From a virus, in the IMG/VR virus record IMGVR_UViG_3300025592_000071: a DNA stretch of 22,879 bases; one strand, 5' to 3'. Made by a program: the position numbers and the translations under genes. Below the pieces are notes generated by a model, which made no database searches, was not told where the DNA came from, and worked only from the letters and a program-made list of their open reading frames with translations. Positions 1-9,041 of this stretch are shown here, in pieces. The stretch's first letter is position 1. Each line of letters begins with the position of its first letter.

Positions 1-2
1 GG

Positions 3-194
3 TTGAGGTTGTCTTACACATCGTTCCTTTTTGGTATGTTGGGGGCAATGATTATATCTATTTTTGGATTACCCATTTTCGCAGGTTCGTGGGACATAAT
101 CAACGGTCAATTTGGAATACATGGTGAGGTTTGGCAAAACTTTAAGGATGGATTTTGTCAATTGACTATAAAATGTAGAAACAATTTGCGATAA
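3..194 (+). CDS. hypothetical small protein with hydrophobic N-terminal segment (possibly 5'-truncated by the window edge)
   Basis: 63-aa ORF ending 13 nt before gp17; hydrophobic stretch FLFGMLGAMIISIFGLPIF; no recognisable family. Confidence 0.45.
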   Translation: MRLSYTSFLFGMLGAMIISIFGLPIFAGSWDIINGQFGIHGEVWQNFKDGFCQLTIKCRNNLR

Positions 195-207
195 AAAAGA
201 AATAAAA

Positions 208-1848
208 ATGATTGAACAAAAAACATACTTAGGCAATCCGTTACTCAAGGGGGCATATGTACACCAAGACTGGTCAGAAAAACAGGTTGGTGAATATATT
301 AGATGTCAACAAGACCCAATTTATTTTATCGCCAAACATCTGAAAATTGTTTCTCTCGATGAAGGATTGGTCGATTTTGATCTTAGACCTTATCAAAAAG
401 ACATGATCGAGAAGTTTTATAATGAACGATTTGTGATCTGTAAAATGGCCAGACAATCTGGGAAGTCAACCACAATCCTTGCATATCTTCTACACTATAT
501 CCTTTTTAATGAAAACGTGAATGTTGCAATTCTCGCAAACAAAAAAGCAACAGCAATGGAACTTCTTGGAAGATTACAACTCGCATACGAACACCTACCA
601 AAGTGGTTACAACAAGGAATATTGATATGGAACAAGGGAAATATTGAGCTAGAAAATGGCTCTAAAATTCTTGCAAGTTCCACTTCTGGTTCTGCTATTC
701 GGGGTGGTTCATTCAACATCATTTTTTTAGATGAGTTTGCATTTGTGCCTTCCAATATTTCCGAAGAGTTTTTCAGTTCTGTATATCCTACAATTACTTC
801 GGGTAAGAGTACGAAAATGTTCATAGTTTCTACTCCTAATGGAATGAACATGTTTTACAAGTTGTGGACGGATGCAGAAGAGGGGAACAATGATTATGTT
901 CCCATTTCTGTTCATTGGTCGCAAGTTCCAGGCAGAGATGATGAATGGAAACAAAAGACAATTCGGAATACGAGCGAGAGGCAATTCGAGGCAGAATTTG
1001 AATGTTCTTTCTTGGGTAGTTCTAATACTCTTATTTCGACCGAAAAACTCATGTCGATGCCGTTCAAAAAACCAATTTATCAATATGATGGATTGGATAT
1101 CTATCAAGAACCTATAATGAACCACACATACGTTATTGTATGTGATGTTGCAAGAGGTGTCGGTTTAGATTATTCGGCATTTTCGATATTCGATGTTACA
1201 AAACAACCATATCGACAAGTTGGGAAGTATCGAAAGAATGACATATCGCCGATGTTGTACCCCAATGTTATTTTTACAACTGCACGAAAATATAACGAGG
1301 CATTTATTTTAGTAGAGGTGAACGATATTGGACAACAAGTTGCTGATATTCTCTATCACGATATGGAATATGAAAATATGATGATGGTTACGATGCATGG
1401 TAGAAACGGGCAACAAATAGGGGGCGGATTTTCTAAAAACGTATCGATGGGAATTCGTACAACAAAACAAGTCAAGCGAATAGGATGTGCAACACTCAAA
1501 GATTTGATCGAGAGAGACAATTTACTTATTGAAGATTTCGATACGATTAGTGAATTGACAACATTTATTGGAAAAAGTACATCGTGGGAGGCGGATGATG
1601 GGGCTCATGATGATTTGGTGATGGGATGTGTTCTCTTTTCTTGGTTAGTCCAACAGAGGTACTTCAAAGAACTCACCGACCAAGATATACGAGAAAAAAT
1701 GTTTGCAGAACAAATGAAAATGATCGAGGAAGATATGGTTCCTTTTGGAATTATCAATGATGGTAATGATCCTGATGAGTTTCAGATCCCAGGCGATGAT
1801 AATATTTGGAAACCAATAACCGATAAAGATCAATATGAATATTTCTAA
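208..1848 (+). CDS. gp17: terminase large subunit (T4 gp17-like)
   Basis: N-terminal YLGNPLLK; Walker A ARQSGKST; Walker B IIFLDEFAF; IVSTPNG coupling motif; RNase H-like nuclease residues (CDVARG...D, HDDLVM); position upstream of gp18. Confidence 0.97.
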   Translation: MIEQKTYLGNPLLKGAYVHQDWSEKQVGEYIRCQQDPIYFIAKHLKIVSLDEGLVDFDLRPYQKDMIEKFYNERFVICKMARQSGKSTTILAYLLHYILFNENVNVAILANKKATAMELLGRLQLAYEHLPKWLQQGILIWNKGNIELENGSKILASSTSGSAIRGGSFNIIFLDEFAFVPSNISEEFFSSVYPTITSGKSTKMFIVSTPNGMNMFYKLWTDAEEGNNDYVPISVHWSQVPGRDDEWKQKTIRNTSERQFEAEFECSFLGSSNTLISTEKLMSMPFKKPIYQYDGLDIYQEPIMNHTYVIVCDVARGVGLDYSAFSIFDVTKQPYRQVGKYRKNDISPMLYPNVIFTTARKYNEAFILVEVNDIGQQVADILYHDMEYENMMMVTMHGRNGQQIGGGFSKNVSMGIRTTKQVKRIGCATLKDLIERDNLLIEDFDTISELTTFIGKSTSWEADDGAHDDLVMGCVLFSWLVQQRYFKELTDQDIREKMFAEQMKMIEEDMVPFGIINDGNDPDEFQIPGDDNIWKPITDKDQYEYF

Positions 1849-2303
1849 AGGTATTCTTTTTTCATAGTCTCTGACTCAAAACCAAAATCGTCTTCTTCTT
1901 TTGCAACTTCGATATTCAACAACATAAGTAACGCATCTATTTCTTTTTCCAACTCTGGTCGAATATTACGAAGTCGGAAGAGATATTTGATACTTTCTTT
2001 TTCGATCATCTCTTTACTAACACGGACAGAAGTATAACTTTTTTTGTTTTGACTTTTGGTTTGGAGTACGAGATGTTCGGGGTTGACACAACCATTGTTT
2101 TCACAGGTTTGATGAACAACCATATTTTCAGCGATATTTCCTTTGTGTAAAAGATATGAAAATCGATGTGCGGGCATAGATTTTCCATCAACCGAAAACA
2201 TACCATAACCCTGTTTTTGTCTGGCCGCTGTCCAAACATGGCAGTCATTGGTTTTGTTGACTTTTGTATTAAACCGATCTATCGTTTTTTGTGGAAACTT
2301 CAT
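1845..2303 (-). CDS. free-standing HNH (HNH_3 / His-Cys-type) endonuclease-like protein, possibly catalytically degenerate
   Basis: CHVWT...GYGMF...AHRFSY...H-Q-T-C-E-N-N-G-C-V-N-P-E-H-L; convergent with gp17 with overlapping stop codons; TATAAATA late box upstream on the minus strand. Confidence 0.85.
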   Translation of the reverse strand: MKFPQKTIDRFNTKVNKTNDCHVWTAARQKQGYGMFSVDGKSMPAHRFSYLLHKGNIAENMVVHQTCENNGCVNPEHLVLQTKSQNKKSYTSVRVSKEMIEKESIKYLFRLRNIRPELEKEIDALLMLLNIEVAKEEDDFGFESETMKKEYL

Positions 2304-2340
2304 GTTTACCGTACACTAAATATTATTAGTCAATTACGAG

Positions 2341-2348
2341 TATTTATA
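2341..2348 (-). promoter_or_regulatory. T4-type late promoter (TATAAATA) for the HNH-like gene
   Basis: + strand TATTTATA reads TATAAATA on the minus strand, about 38 nt upstream of the HNH ATG; gp55 is encoded in the window. Confidence 0.6.
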
Positions 2349-2352
2349 AATA
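2345..2352 (+). promoter_or_regulatory. T4-type late promoter (TATAAATA) upstream of gp18
   Basis: exact T4 late consensus in the intergenic region before the sheath gene. Confidence 0.75.
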
Positions 2353-2594
2353 TTCTATAAGGATGATAAAACAATAGTACAGAAGTATGGTCGGATCAAG
2401 ACAACGAAAACTAAACAAGATCGAGGGTCGACAGACAAAGAATCGAAACAATTCGAGGATTTTCGTTATAATTGTACAGGCACTAAAAGATTATATAAAG
2501 GTAAACAGTTTAAGTTTGCAAAACCGAATTCAAAAAAATGGGTACGTTTAATAAAAAATGATTATACCCAAAACAATACAAATAAAGGAGAAAA

Positions 2595-4859
2595 ATGTCG
2601 TTTCAAGTAAGTCCAGGCGTTAATACCTCAGAAATTGATCTGACCAATGCAGTAGTCGCTGCAGGAACCTCTACTGGTGGGTTTGCTGGAAGATTTCGCT
2701 GGGGCCCAATCGAAGAGGTGACTTTGATCACAAGTGAAGATAATTTGGTAGAGCAATTCCAAAAACCAGATGATAATAATTTTGAGCATTTTTTCACTGC
2801 TGCAAACTTCCTTTCGTATTCGAGTGCGGTGAACGTTGTTCGTGCCGCAAACACTACGGTTGCAAATTCCGCTGCACCAAAGAATGCCTGTGCGAATACA
2901 GGAACATATGTTAATGTACAAGTCACAACATCTGAAAATTATTACAACAATTATGACGATGAACAAGGTGGAACAGCATATAGTACTGCGGCCAACGGCC
3001 CGTTCGTTTCGAAATGGGCAGGAGATTTGGGAAACACTTTCAAATATTCCATGTGTCCATCAGATAGACCATCTGCAACATTAACTGGATCAGTTGCATG
3101 GGCAGTAGCAACTGGTGTTCTTACAGGAACAGGAACTTTATTTGGTATAGAACTTAGAGTCGGAGATGCTATTTCAATTGCAGGAGAAACAGGGTTGCAC
3201 ATTGTGAGCGCAGTTACTTCTAATGTTGCGGTGACTTGTTCTTCAACAAGTTCAACCGATAGTGCTGATGTAAGTTCAGGAGCTGCAGCTACTCGCCAAA
3301 AGAGATCAGCTTTCCACACTATTGCTTCAAATATGAAGGGAACTGTTGTGGTAACTGCTGACAGTACTACCGTGACTGGAACAGATACTTTATTTGATTC
3401 GCAATTTATAGTTGGAGATAAAATTACTATTAATGGTGAAACCAGAAAAGTAAAAACTCTTACATCAAATACTGTAATAGTAACGGATAAAAAATTCCTT
3501 GCGACTGCATCTGCTCAAACTTATACAAGAGATTGGGAATATGCGAGTGCGTTTCCAGAGGGGCCTCCAACAACTTCAACACACGCTGCTGACAAATCTA
3601 TGGCATTAGATGAAATTCATATTGCAGTTGTCGATGAAGATGGGGATTGGACAGGAACAATTGATGAAGTTGTAGAAGCACATGCAAATCTTTCGGTTGC
3701 AAAGGGAGCGAAAGACGATCGAGGCGAAGATATTTACTACAAAAATTGGATCAACAAATATTCCAAATTTATGTGGTGGTTACAACGTCCAATTGTCGAG
3801 TCAGAAGTTACAAGTGGAGATTATACAACTCCTGCCGCTACTGGATCTAAGACGCTTCGTGCATGGGGTGCGACCGCTGATGCAAGTGGAACACAACAAG
3901 TAGATGAATTTTATATGCCTGGGAAACCCCAAACTGTGAGTTTTTCGGGAGGAACTGCTGGTTCTGCTCCGAGTGATGCGGATGTTATTCGTGCGTATGA
4001 CTTGATGAAATCCGCAGAGGATGTTGATGTTTCTCTGTTGATGACAGGTTCACATAGTTCAACAGTTGTTCGTCATTGTATCGGACAAATTGCAGAATCA
4101 CGTAAAGATTGTATTACATTCTTTTCACCCACAAAAGCACAAGTTGTGGGAACCACAAGTTCTTCTGTCGCTACTACTAATGTAACTGGACACCGTGATA
4201 CTGTTAATCAAAACTCTTCTTACGCAGTTATGGACTCTGGTTGGAAACAAATGTTCGATAAACATAATGACAAATTCCGTTATGTTCCTCTGAATGGAGA
4301 TATTGCTGGACTTTGTGCTCAAACCGATGCAGAACGAGATCCTTTCTTCTCTCCTGGCGGATTTACTAGGGGTCAGATTAAAGGAGTTGTAAAACTTCCT
4401 TACAATCCGAAAAAAGCAGAACGTGATTCGTTGTATCAATCACAAGTCAATCCAGTTGTTTCGTTCCCAGGCGAAGGTACAATTCTGTTTGGAGACAAAA
4501 CACAATTGACTAAACCATCTGCATTTGATCGAATCAATGTACGAAGGTTGTTTATTCTTCTGGAAAAAGCAATTGCAAATGCAGCCAGATTCCAGTTGTT
4601 TGAGTTCAACGATGAGTTTACACGTTCACAATTCGTTTCGATGGTCGAACCTTTCTTGCGTGATATTCAAGGAAGAGGTGGAATTCAAGATTTTGCAGTT
4701 GTTTGTGACGCTTCAAATAATACACCACAAGTTGTAGATTCTAATTCGTTTAGGGGAGACATTTTTGTCAAACCTTCACGTGCTATCAACTTTATCCAAC
4801 TCAACTTTGTTGCAGTTCGGAGTGGAGTAGAATTTTCTGAAGTTGTCGGTGCTGTTTAA
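2595..4859 (+). CDS. gp18: contractile tail sheath protein (T4 gp18-like) with internal beta-rich insertion
   Basis: N-terminal SFQVSPGV..EIDLT, GRFRWGP; C-terminal SAFDRINVRRLF, FEFNDEFTR, KPSRAINFIQLNFVA; SD AAGGAG. Confidence 0.97.
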   Translation: MSFQVSPGVNTSEIDLTNAVVAAGTSTGGFAGRFRWGPIEEVTLITSEDNLVEQFQKPDDNNFEHFFTAANFLSYSSAVNVVRAANTTVANSAAPKNACANTGTYVNVQVTTSENYYNNYDDEQGGTAYSTAANGPFVSKWAGDLGNTFKYSMCPSDRPSATLTGSVAWAVATGVLTGTGTLFGIELRVGDAISIAGETGLHIVSAVTSNVAVTCSSTSSTDSADVSSGAAATRQKRSAFHTIASNMKGTVVVTADSTTVTGTDTLFDSQFIVGDKITINGETRKVKTLTSNTVIVTDKKFLATASAQTYTRDWEYASAFPEGPPTTSTHAADKSMALDEIHIAVVDEDGDWTGTIDEVVEAHANLSVAKGAKDDRGEDIYYKNWINKYSKFMWWLQRPIVESEVTSGDYTTPAATGSKTLRAWGATADASGTQQVDEFYMPGKPQTVSFSGGTAGSAPSDADVIRAYDLMKSAEDVDVSLLMTGSHSSTVVRHCIGQIAESRKDCITFFSPTKAQVVGTTSSSVATTNVTGHRDTVNQNSSYAVMDSGWKQMFDKHNDKFRYVPLNGDIAGLCAQTDAERDPFFSPGGFTRGQIKGVVKLPYNPKKAERDSLYQSQVNPVVSFPGEGTILFGDKTQLTKPSAFDRINVRRLFILLEKAIANAARFQLFEFNDEFTRSQFVSMVEPFLRDIQGRGGIQDFAVVCDASNNTPQVVDSNSFRGDIFVKPSRAINFIQLNFVAVRSGVEFSEVVGAV
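3117..3440 (+). repeat. two 24-aa internal repeats in gp18 (3117-3188 and 3369-3440)
   Basis: VLTGTGTLFGIELRVGDAISIAGE vs TVTGTDTLFDSQFIVGDKITINGE, 13/24 identical, 84 aa apart. Confidence 0.8.
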
Positions 4860-4868
4860 TATTTTTGA

Positions 4869-4876
4869 CATAAATA
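4869..4876 (+). promoter_or_regulatory. probable late promoter variant (CATAAATA) upstream of the gp19 cluster
   Basis: one mismatch to TATAAATA; intergenic; 33 nt before the ATG at 4909. Confidence 0.5.
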
Positions 4877-4908
4877 ATTAAAATAAGTTAATTGGAGAAA
4901 ATAAAAAA

Positions 4909-5469
4909 ATGGCAACTCAAACAACAGGACTAACATCCTTTCAATCGGCGCTCCCATATGGTGGCGCCCGTCCAAGTTTATTTGAATTTCAGATAACAGC
5001 GGCTCCAACAGGAGTTGACGCTACTCTTTCAAGTGTAAATTTGTATTGTAATGTAAGTGAAATTCCACCATTGACGCTTACTCCCATAGAAAGACAATAT
5101 TTTGGTAGGACTGTAAAAATTCCTGGCGATTTAGTATTTGCTGATTTGTCTACTACCATCATTAATACTGAAAAATATAATGTTAGAAATGAACTTGAAA
5201 AATGGATGGAAGTTATTAACGGAACTGTTTCCAATGAAGGAGTGTCGGATACAAATTTTGGAACAGGAACGGCAAAATTAATTCATTATCAAAAAGATGG
5301 TACGGCAACAATGACCTATGAATTTGTAGATTGTTGGCCAACAGCGATTTCTGAAATTGCACTAAGTTATGATACTGCAAGTGATATAGAACAATTTGAT
5401 GTTACTTGGGCATACAATTATTATACGATGTCGGGTGGCACCGTTACTACTAATTCCACACAAGGATAG
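4909..5469 (+). CDS. gp19: tail tube protein (gp19 family), paralog 1
   Basis: GGARPSLF, YFGRTVKIPGD, IINTE, YEFVDCWPTAISEIALSYD, IEQFDVTWAYNYY; directly after gp18. Confidence 0.9.
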   Translation: MATQTTGLTSFQSALPYGGARPSLFEFQITAAPTGVDATLSSVNLYCNVSEIPPLTLTPIERQYFGRTVKIPGDLVFADLSTTIINTEKYNVRNELEKWMEVINGTVSNEGVSDTNFGTGTAKLIHYQKDGTATMTYEFVDCWPTAISEIALSYDTASDIEQFDVTWAYNYYTMSGGTVTTNSTQG

Positions 5470-5480
5470 GATATAAAACA

Positions 5481-6038
5481 ATGGCATTCGCAGTTTCAAC
5501 TTTTAAATCTAGTATGGCGTCACAAAGCGGTGGTGCTCGTCCCGCTTTGTATCAAATAGATATAAATGGTAAAAATAAAAGTACATCATTTACTGAAAGT
5601 GAAAATATTCTTTGCAAGGCTGCATCAATTCCTCCTGCGAATATAGCACCTCTTGCAGTAAATTATGCAGGAAGAGCATATAAGTGGAATGGTTTTAGAA
5701 CATATGATAACTGGACAGTTACAGTTATCAACGATGAAAATTTTTCTGCCAGAAATAGAATGATGCAATGGATGAGAATAATGGGTGGAAAGTTTGAAGG
5801 AGAGAGAAATTCCTCTTATGGTGATCAACTTCTTGGAACAAGTTTTTTTGATGGAGATGCAACAGTAAAACAACTAAGTACTTCTGGAGCGGTGTTACAA
5901 ACGTATAAATTTGATTATCTCTGGCCCACAGAAATAGCTGGAATTCCTGTAGATTGGTCTAGTGATGCAATTCAGGAATACACTATTACTTTTGCGTATG
6001 ATTATTGGACACATGGTTCAGCAGTTTCTGCATCATAA
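5481..6038 (+). CDS. gp19: tail tube protein (gp19 family), paralog 2
   Basis: GGARPALY, CKAASIP, YAGR, RTYDNWTVTVINDENF, WPTEIAGIPVDWSSDAIQEYTITFAYDYW. Confidence 0.9.
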   Translation: MAFAVSTFKSSMASQSGGARPALYQIDINGKNKSTSFTESENILCKAASIPPANIAPLAVNYAGRAYKWNGFRTYDNWTVTVINDENFSARNRMMQWMRIMGGKFEGERNSSYGDQLLGTSFFDGDATVKQLSTSGAVLQTYKFDYLWPTEIAGIPVDWSSDAIQEYTITFAYDYWTHGSAVSAS

Positions 6039-6065
6039 TCAATTTAATTTAAAAAATAATAATGA

Positions 6066-6668
6066 ATGGCATTCTCAGTAACAGAATTCAAATCAAATCT
6101 AAAGCAGGGGGGCGCTCGTCCCTCTCTGTTCAAGGTGGATTTCACATATCCTAGTGGAATAACAGCTCCCCCAACCAGATCAGAATTTTTAGTCAAAGCA
6201 ACAACCATTCCTGCAAGTACAATCGGGTCATATGATGTGTATTATCATGGCAAAGCGATACATGTGGCCGGTGATCGTTCCTTCGATACATGGGATACAA
6301 CTATTATTAATGATGAAGATTTTGGTATTAGAAATTCACTTGAAAGTTGGATGGCATCTATCTCAAATCACACCCTAAATACAAGAGATAAGAATTTATT
6401 TCAGTCGAATGATAAGTCTGAGGGCGATGCAGCAAAGTATAAAACTTCGTTGAAGGTTACGCAATTTAGTAAAGCTGGGAATGATTTACGTACTTATATA
6501 TTTAAGGGTGCGTGGCCGTCTGCATTGTCAACAATCAATCTTGATTGGTCATCGCAAGAAATAGAAGAGTTTACTTGTACTTGGATGTATGATAGTTGGT
6601 TTGTTAGTGCAGCTACTTCAGCATCAAATTTACCAGTTCCACCAGAAAATATAGTAGGAATTGGATAA
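6066..6668 (+). CDS. gp19: tail tube protein (gp19 family), paralog 3
   Basis: GGARPSLF, VKATTIP, AGDRSFDTWDTTIINDEDF, AWPSALSTINLDWSSQEIEEFTCTWMYDSW. Confidence 0.9.
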   Translation: MAFSVTEFKSNLKQGGARPSLFKVDFTYPSGITAPPTRSEFLVKATTIPASTIGSYDVYYHGKAIHVAGDRSFDTWDTTIINDEDFGIRNSLESWMASISNHTLNTRDKNLFQSNDKSEGDAAKYKTSLKVTQFSKAGNDLRTYIFKGAWPSALSTINLDWSSQEIEEFTCTWMYDSWFVSAATSASNLPVPPENIVGIG

Positions 6669-6688
6669 AAAATCAGTAGGAAAAAATT

Positions 6689-8188
6689 ATGGCATTTGAA
6701 ATATTTGGGTTTAAGATCGAAAGAAAAAGTCAGGACATAGCAAACGCTAATATTCCTGCGTTTACACTTCCTGAAAATGATGATGGTTCCGCAATGGTGT
6801 CGGGAGCGAGTGCGGCAGGATACTCTCTTGATATGGACGGACAGTATAAGAATGAGGTAGAACTTATTCTCAAATATCGTGATATGTCACAAATGTCTGA
6901 TTGTGAGATTGCAATTGATAATGTTGTGAATGAAGCTATTGTTGTCGATGACATTCTTCCTTCAGTATCGGTTGTTCTCGACAAAACAGATCTCACAGAA
7001 GGAATTAAGAAAAAAGTTCGTACAGAATTCGATACTGTATTGGATCTTCTAAACTTCAATAATTATGGTCATGATATTTTTCGCAGATGGTATATCGAAG
7101 GAAGATTGTATTATCATATTATGATAGACGAAAATGATCCAAAACGTGGTATTGTAGAACTCCGAAGTTTGGATGCTACGAAAGTCAAAAAAATCAAACA
7201 AGTCAAAACAGAGAAAACGGCAGATCCTAGAAAAACAAAAGTGAGTATATTTCCTACATACACTTACAATGAGGCAGGATTGCACAGTCGTTCTTCTTCT
7301 GGTATTGTAATTTCAGGTGATAGTATTGCATATTCTACTTCTGGTTTATTGAATCCACAAAAAAATGCAGTAATGTCTTATCTTCATAAGGCAATCAAAC
7401 CACTAAATCAATTGCGAATGGTAGAAGATGCGATTGTTATCTATCGTATATCAAGAGCTCCTGAACGCAGAATTTTCTATATTGATGTAGGAAACCTACC
7501 AAAATTAAAAGCAGAACAATATATTCGTGACATCATGACACGATACAAAAACCGATTGGTTTACGATTCGGATACTGGTGAAGTTAAAGATGATCGTAGA
7601 CATCAATCAATGTTGGAAGATTATTGGTTGCCGAGGCGAGAAGGTGGTCGGGGAACAGAAATCACCACACTTCCTGGCGGAGAAAATCTTGGTCAATTAG
7701 AGGACGTAGAGTACTTTCAACGAAAATTATACAAAGCAATGCATGTTCCTGTTTCACGACTCGAAGCAGATTCTGGATTTTCTTTAGGGAGAGAAAGCGA
7801 AATCACAAGAGATGAATTGCTTTTCAGTAAATTTATTAAAAAGTTGCAGACAAGATTTTCAATATTGTTTGATGAAATAATGGAAAAACAATTGATTCTG
7901 AAAAATATTATGACTGTCGCAGAGTGGGATAAGGTCAAAGATAAGGTTCATTATAGGTTTGAAAAGGATCATTATTATTCAGAATTTAAACACCAAGAAA
8001 CCATGTCTCAACGATTAGATCTTGCTAGAAACTCCGAAGAATATGTTGGAAAGTATTATTCCAAAGAGTGGTTTCGTGCAAATATCCTCAGACAAACCGC
8101 CGATGAAGTTGAAAAACAAGATGAATTGATTGCAAAAGAAGCAGAAGAAGATGGTGGAGGTGAAGAAGGTGGAGAAGAAGAATATTAA
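6689..8188 (+). CDS. gp20: portal vertex protein (T4 gp20-like)
   Basis: SYLHKAIKPLNQLRMVEDAIVIYRISRAPERRIFYIDVGNLPK, EDYWLPRREGGRGTEITTLPGG, EITRDEL. Confidence 0.98.
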   Translation: MAFEIFGFKIERKSQDIANANIPAFTLPENDDGSAMVSGASAAGYSLDMDGQYKNEVELILKYRDMSQMSDCEIAIDNVVNEAIVVDDILPSVSVVLDKTDLTEGIKKKVRTEFDTVLDLLNFNNYGHDIFRRWYIEGRLYYHIMIDENDPKRGIVELRSLDATKVKKIKQVKTEKTADPRKTKVSIFPTYTYNEAGLHSRSSSGIVISGDSIAYSTSGLLNPQKNAVMSYLHKAIKPLNQLRMVEDAIVIYRISRAPERRIFYIDVGNLPKLKAEQYIRDIMTRYKNRLVYDSDTGEVKDDRRHQSMLEDYWLPRREGGRGTEITTLPGGENLGQLEDVEYFQRKLYKAMHVPVSRLEADSGFSLGRESEITRDELLFSKFIKKLQTRFSILFDEIMEKQLILKNIMTVAEWDKVKDKVHYRFEKDHYYSEFKHQETMSQRLDLARNSEEYVGKYYSKEWFRANILRQTADEVEKQDELIAKEAEEDGGGEEGGEEEY

Positions 8189-8211
8189 AGGAATACACAC
8201 CTTTAAAAGTT

Positions 8212-8219
8212 TATAAATA
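8212..8219 (+). promoter_or_regulatory. T4-type late promoter (TATAAATA) upstream of prohead-core genes
   Basis: exact consensus between gp20 and the 8245 ORF. Confidence 0.75.
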
Positions 8220-8244
8220 TTAATAGATAATTTTTGGAGATAAA

Positions 8245-8451
8245 ATGGCAGAACAAGATTTTAAAACAGTGGATATTATAGATTATTCTATGCAAAGTAA
8301 ACCTACACAGGTTCATGATGCATTCGATCAAATAATTACAAGTAAACTTGTAGATGGATTGGAAACCAGAAAACGAGAAGTTTCTGCCAGAATGTTTTTA
8401 GACAAAGAAGAAATTTCAATCGAAGAACCAGAAACAACGGAGACACAATGA
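8245..8451 (+). CDS. small prohead core protein (gp67-like by position)
   Basis: 68 aa directly after the portal; helical with acidic C-terminus; SD GGAG; assignment rests on synteny. Confidence 0.55.
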   Translation: MAEQDFKTVDIIDYSMQSKPTQVHDAFDQIITSKLVDGLETRKREVSARMFLDKEEISIEEPETTETQ

Positions 8452-8714
8452 AATTATTAGCAGCAAAAACTGCCACAACTGCTACAAATTTGGGATTGGG
8501 TAAGGCTACAGCGATTGCAGTTTACGCATCTGCAATTTCAATCATTTCAGTAGTCAAAAATGATGGAACAGAAGGAGGAACAGATGGAACAGTTCAGGGT
8601 TCTATTACTGTACCTGCTGGTTCATCAACCGTAATTCATAAAGATTCCGACCAATTTTTATTGGCAAATGTGACAAACGGTACTTATACTAAAATCGCTT
8701 CTTCTGGGATATGA
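8448..8714 (+). CDS. hypothetical beta-rich head-region protein
   Basis: 88 aa, Ala/Thr/Gly/Ser-rich, GSITVPAGSSTVIHK; ATGA overlaps with both neighbours. Confidence 0.7.
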   Translation: MKLLAAKTATTATNLGLGKATAIAVYASAISIISVVKNDGTEGGTDGTVQGSITVPAGSSTVIHKDSDQFLLANVTNGTYTKIASSGI

Positions 8715-9034
8715 TGAAAACATATAAAGAATTTAGGAAATCAATAGGGTTTCCTGTTAAAGAAAAAAAAATCGAAGAGGCAACACGACCAGAAACTTCT
8801 TTGAAGGAAGATGTCGTGGATCAGTTGAGATCTGTTGTAAAAAAGAAAAAAGAATCAGAAATTGGGTTTAAAAGTGGCACATCGGTTCCAATTGATCCAG
8901 AATCTGCAAAAGTCATTTTGAAAACCTTCGATACACTAAATAGTACTAACAAGAAAAAAATGCAAGATAACATGAATAAAGATACAAAATCTTTCTTAAA
9001 AATCTTGGATTTTACATTCAGTAACTCAAAATAG
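8711..9034 (+). CDS. putative prohead core protein (gp68-like position)
   Basis: 107 aa, charged; MKTYKEF N-terminus of the kind seen in T4-like head-core proteins; L-K-E site compatible with gp21 cleavage. Confidence 0.55.
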   Translation: MMKTYKEFRKSIGFPVKEKKIEEATRPETSLKEDVVDQLRSVVKKKKESEIGFKSGTSVPIDPESAKVILKTFDTLNSTNKKKMQDNMNKDTKSFLKILDFTFSNSK

Positions 9035-9041
9035 GATAAAA

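Noticed and set aside
208-1848. Intein in the terminase (a common host of split inteins, including at an EFE|C site like EFECSF here)
   Set aside because: gp17 is one continuous 546-aa ORF with no Hint motifs; the site is empty.
2387-2551. 54-codon ATG-started ORF in the gp17-gp18 intergenic region
   Set aside because: No SD, no recognisable motif, and it competes with a longer open frame; length is compatible with chance.
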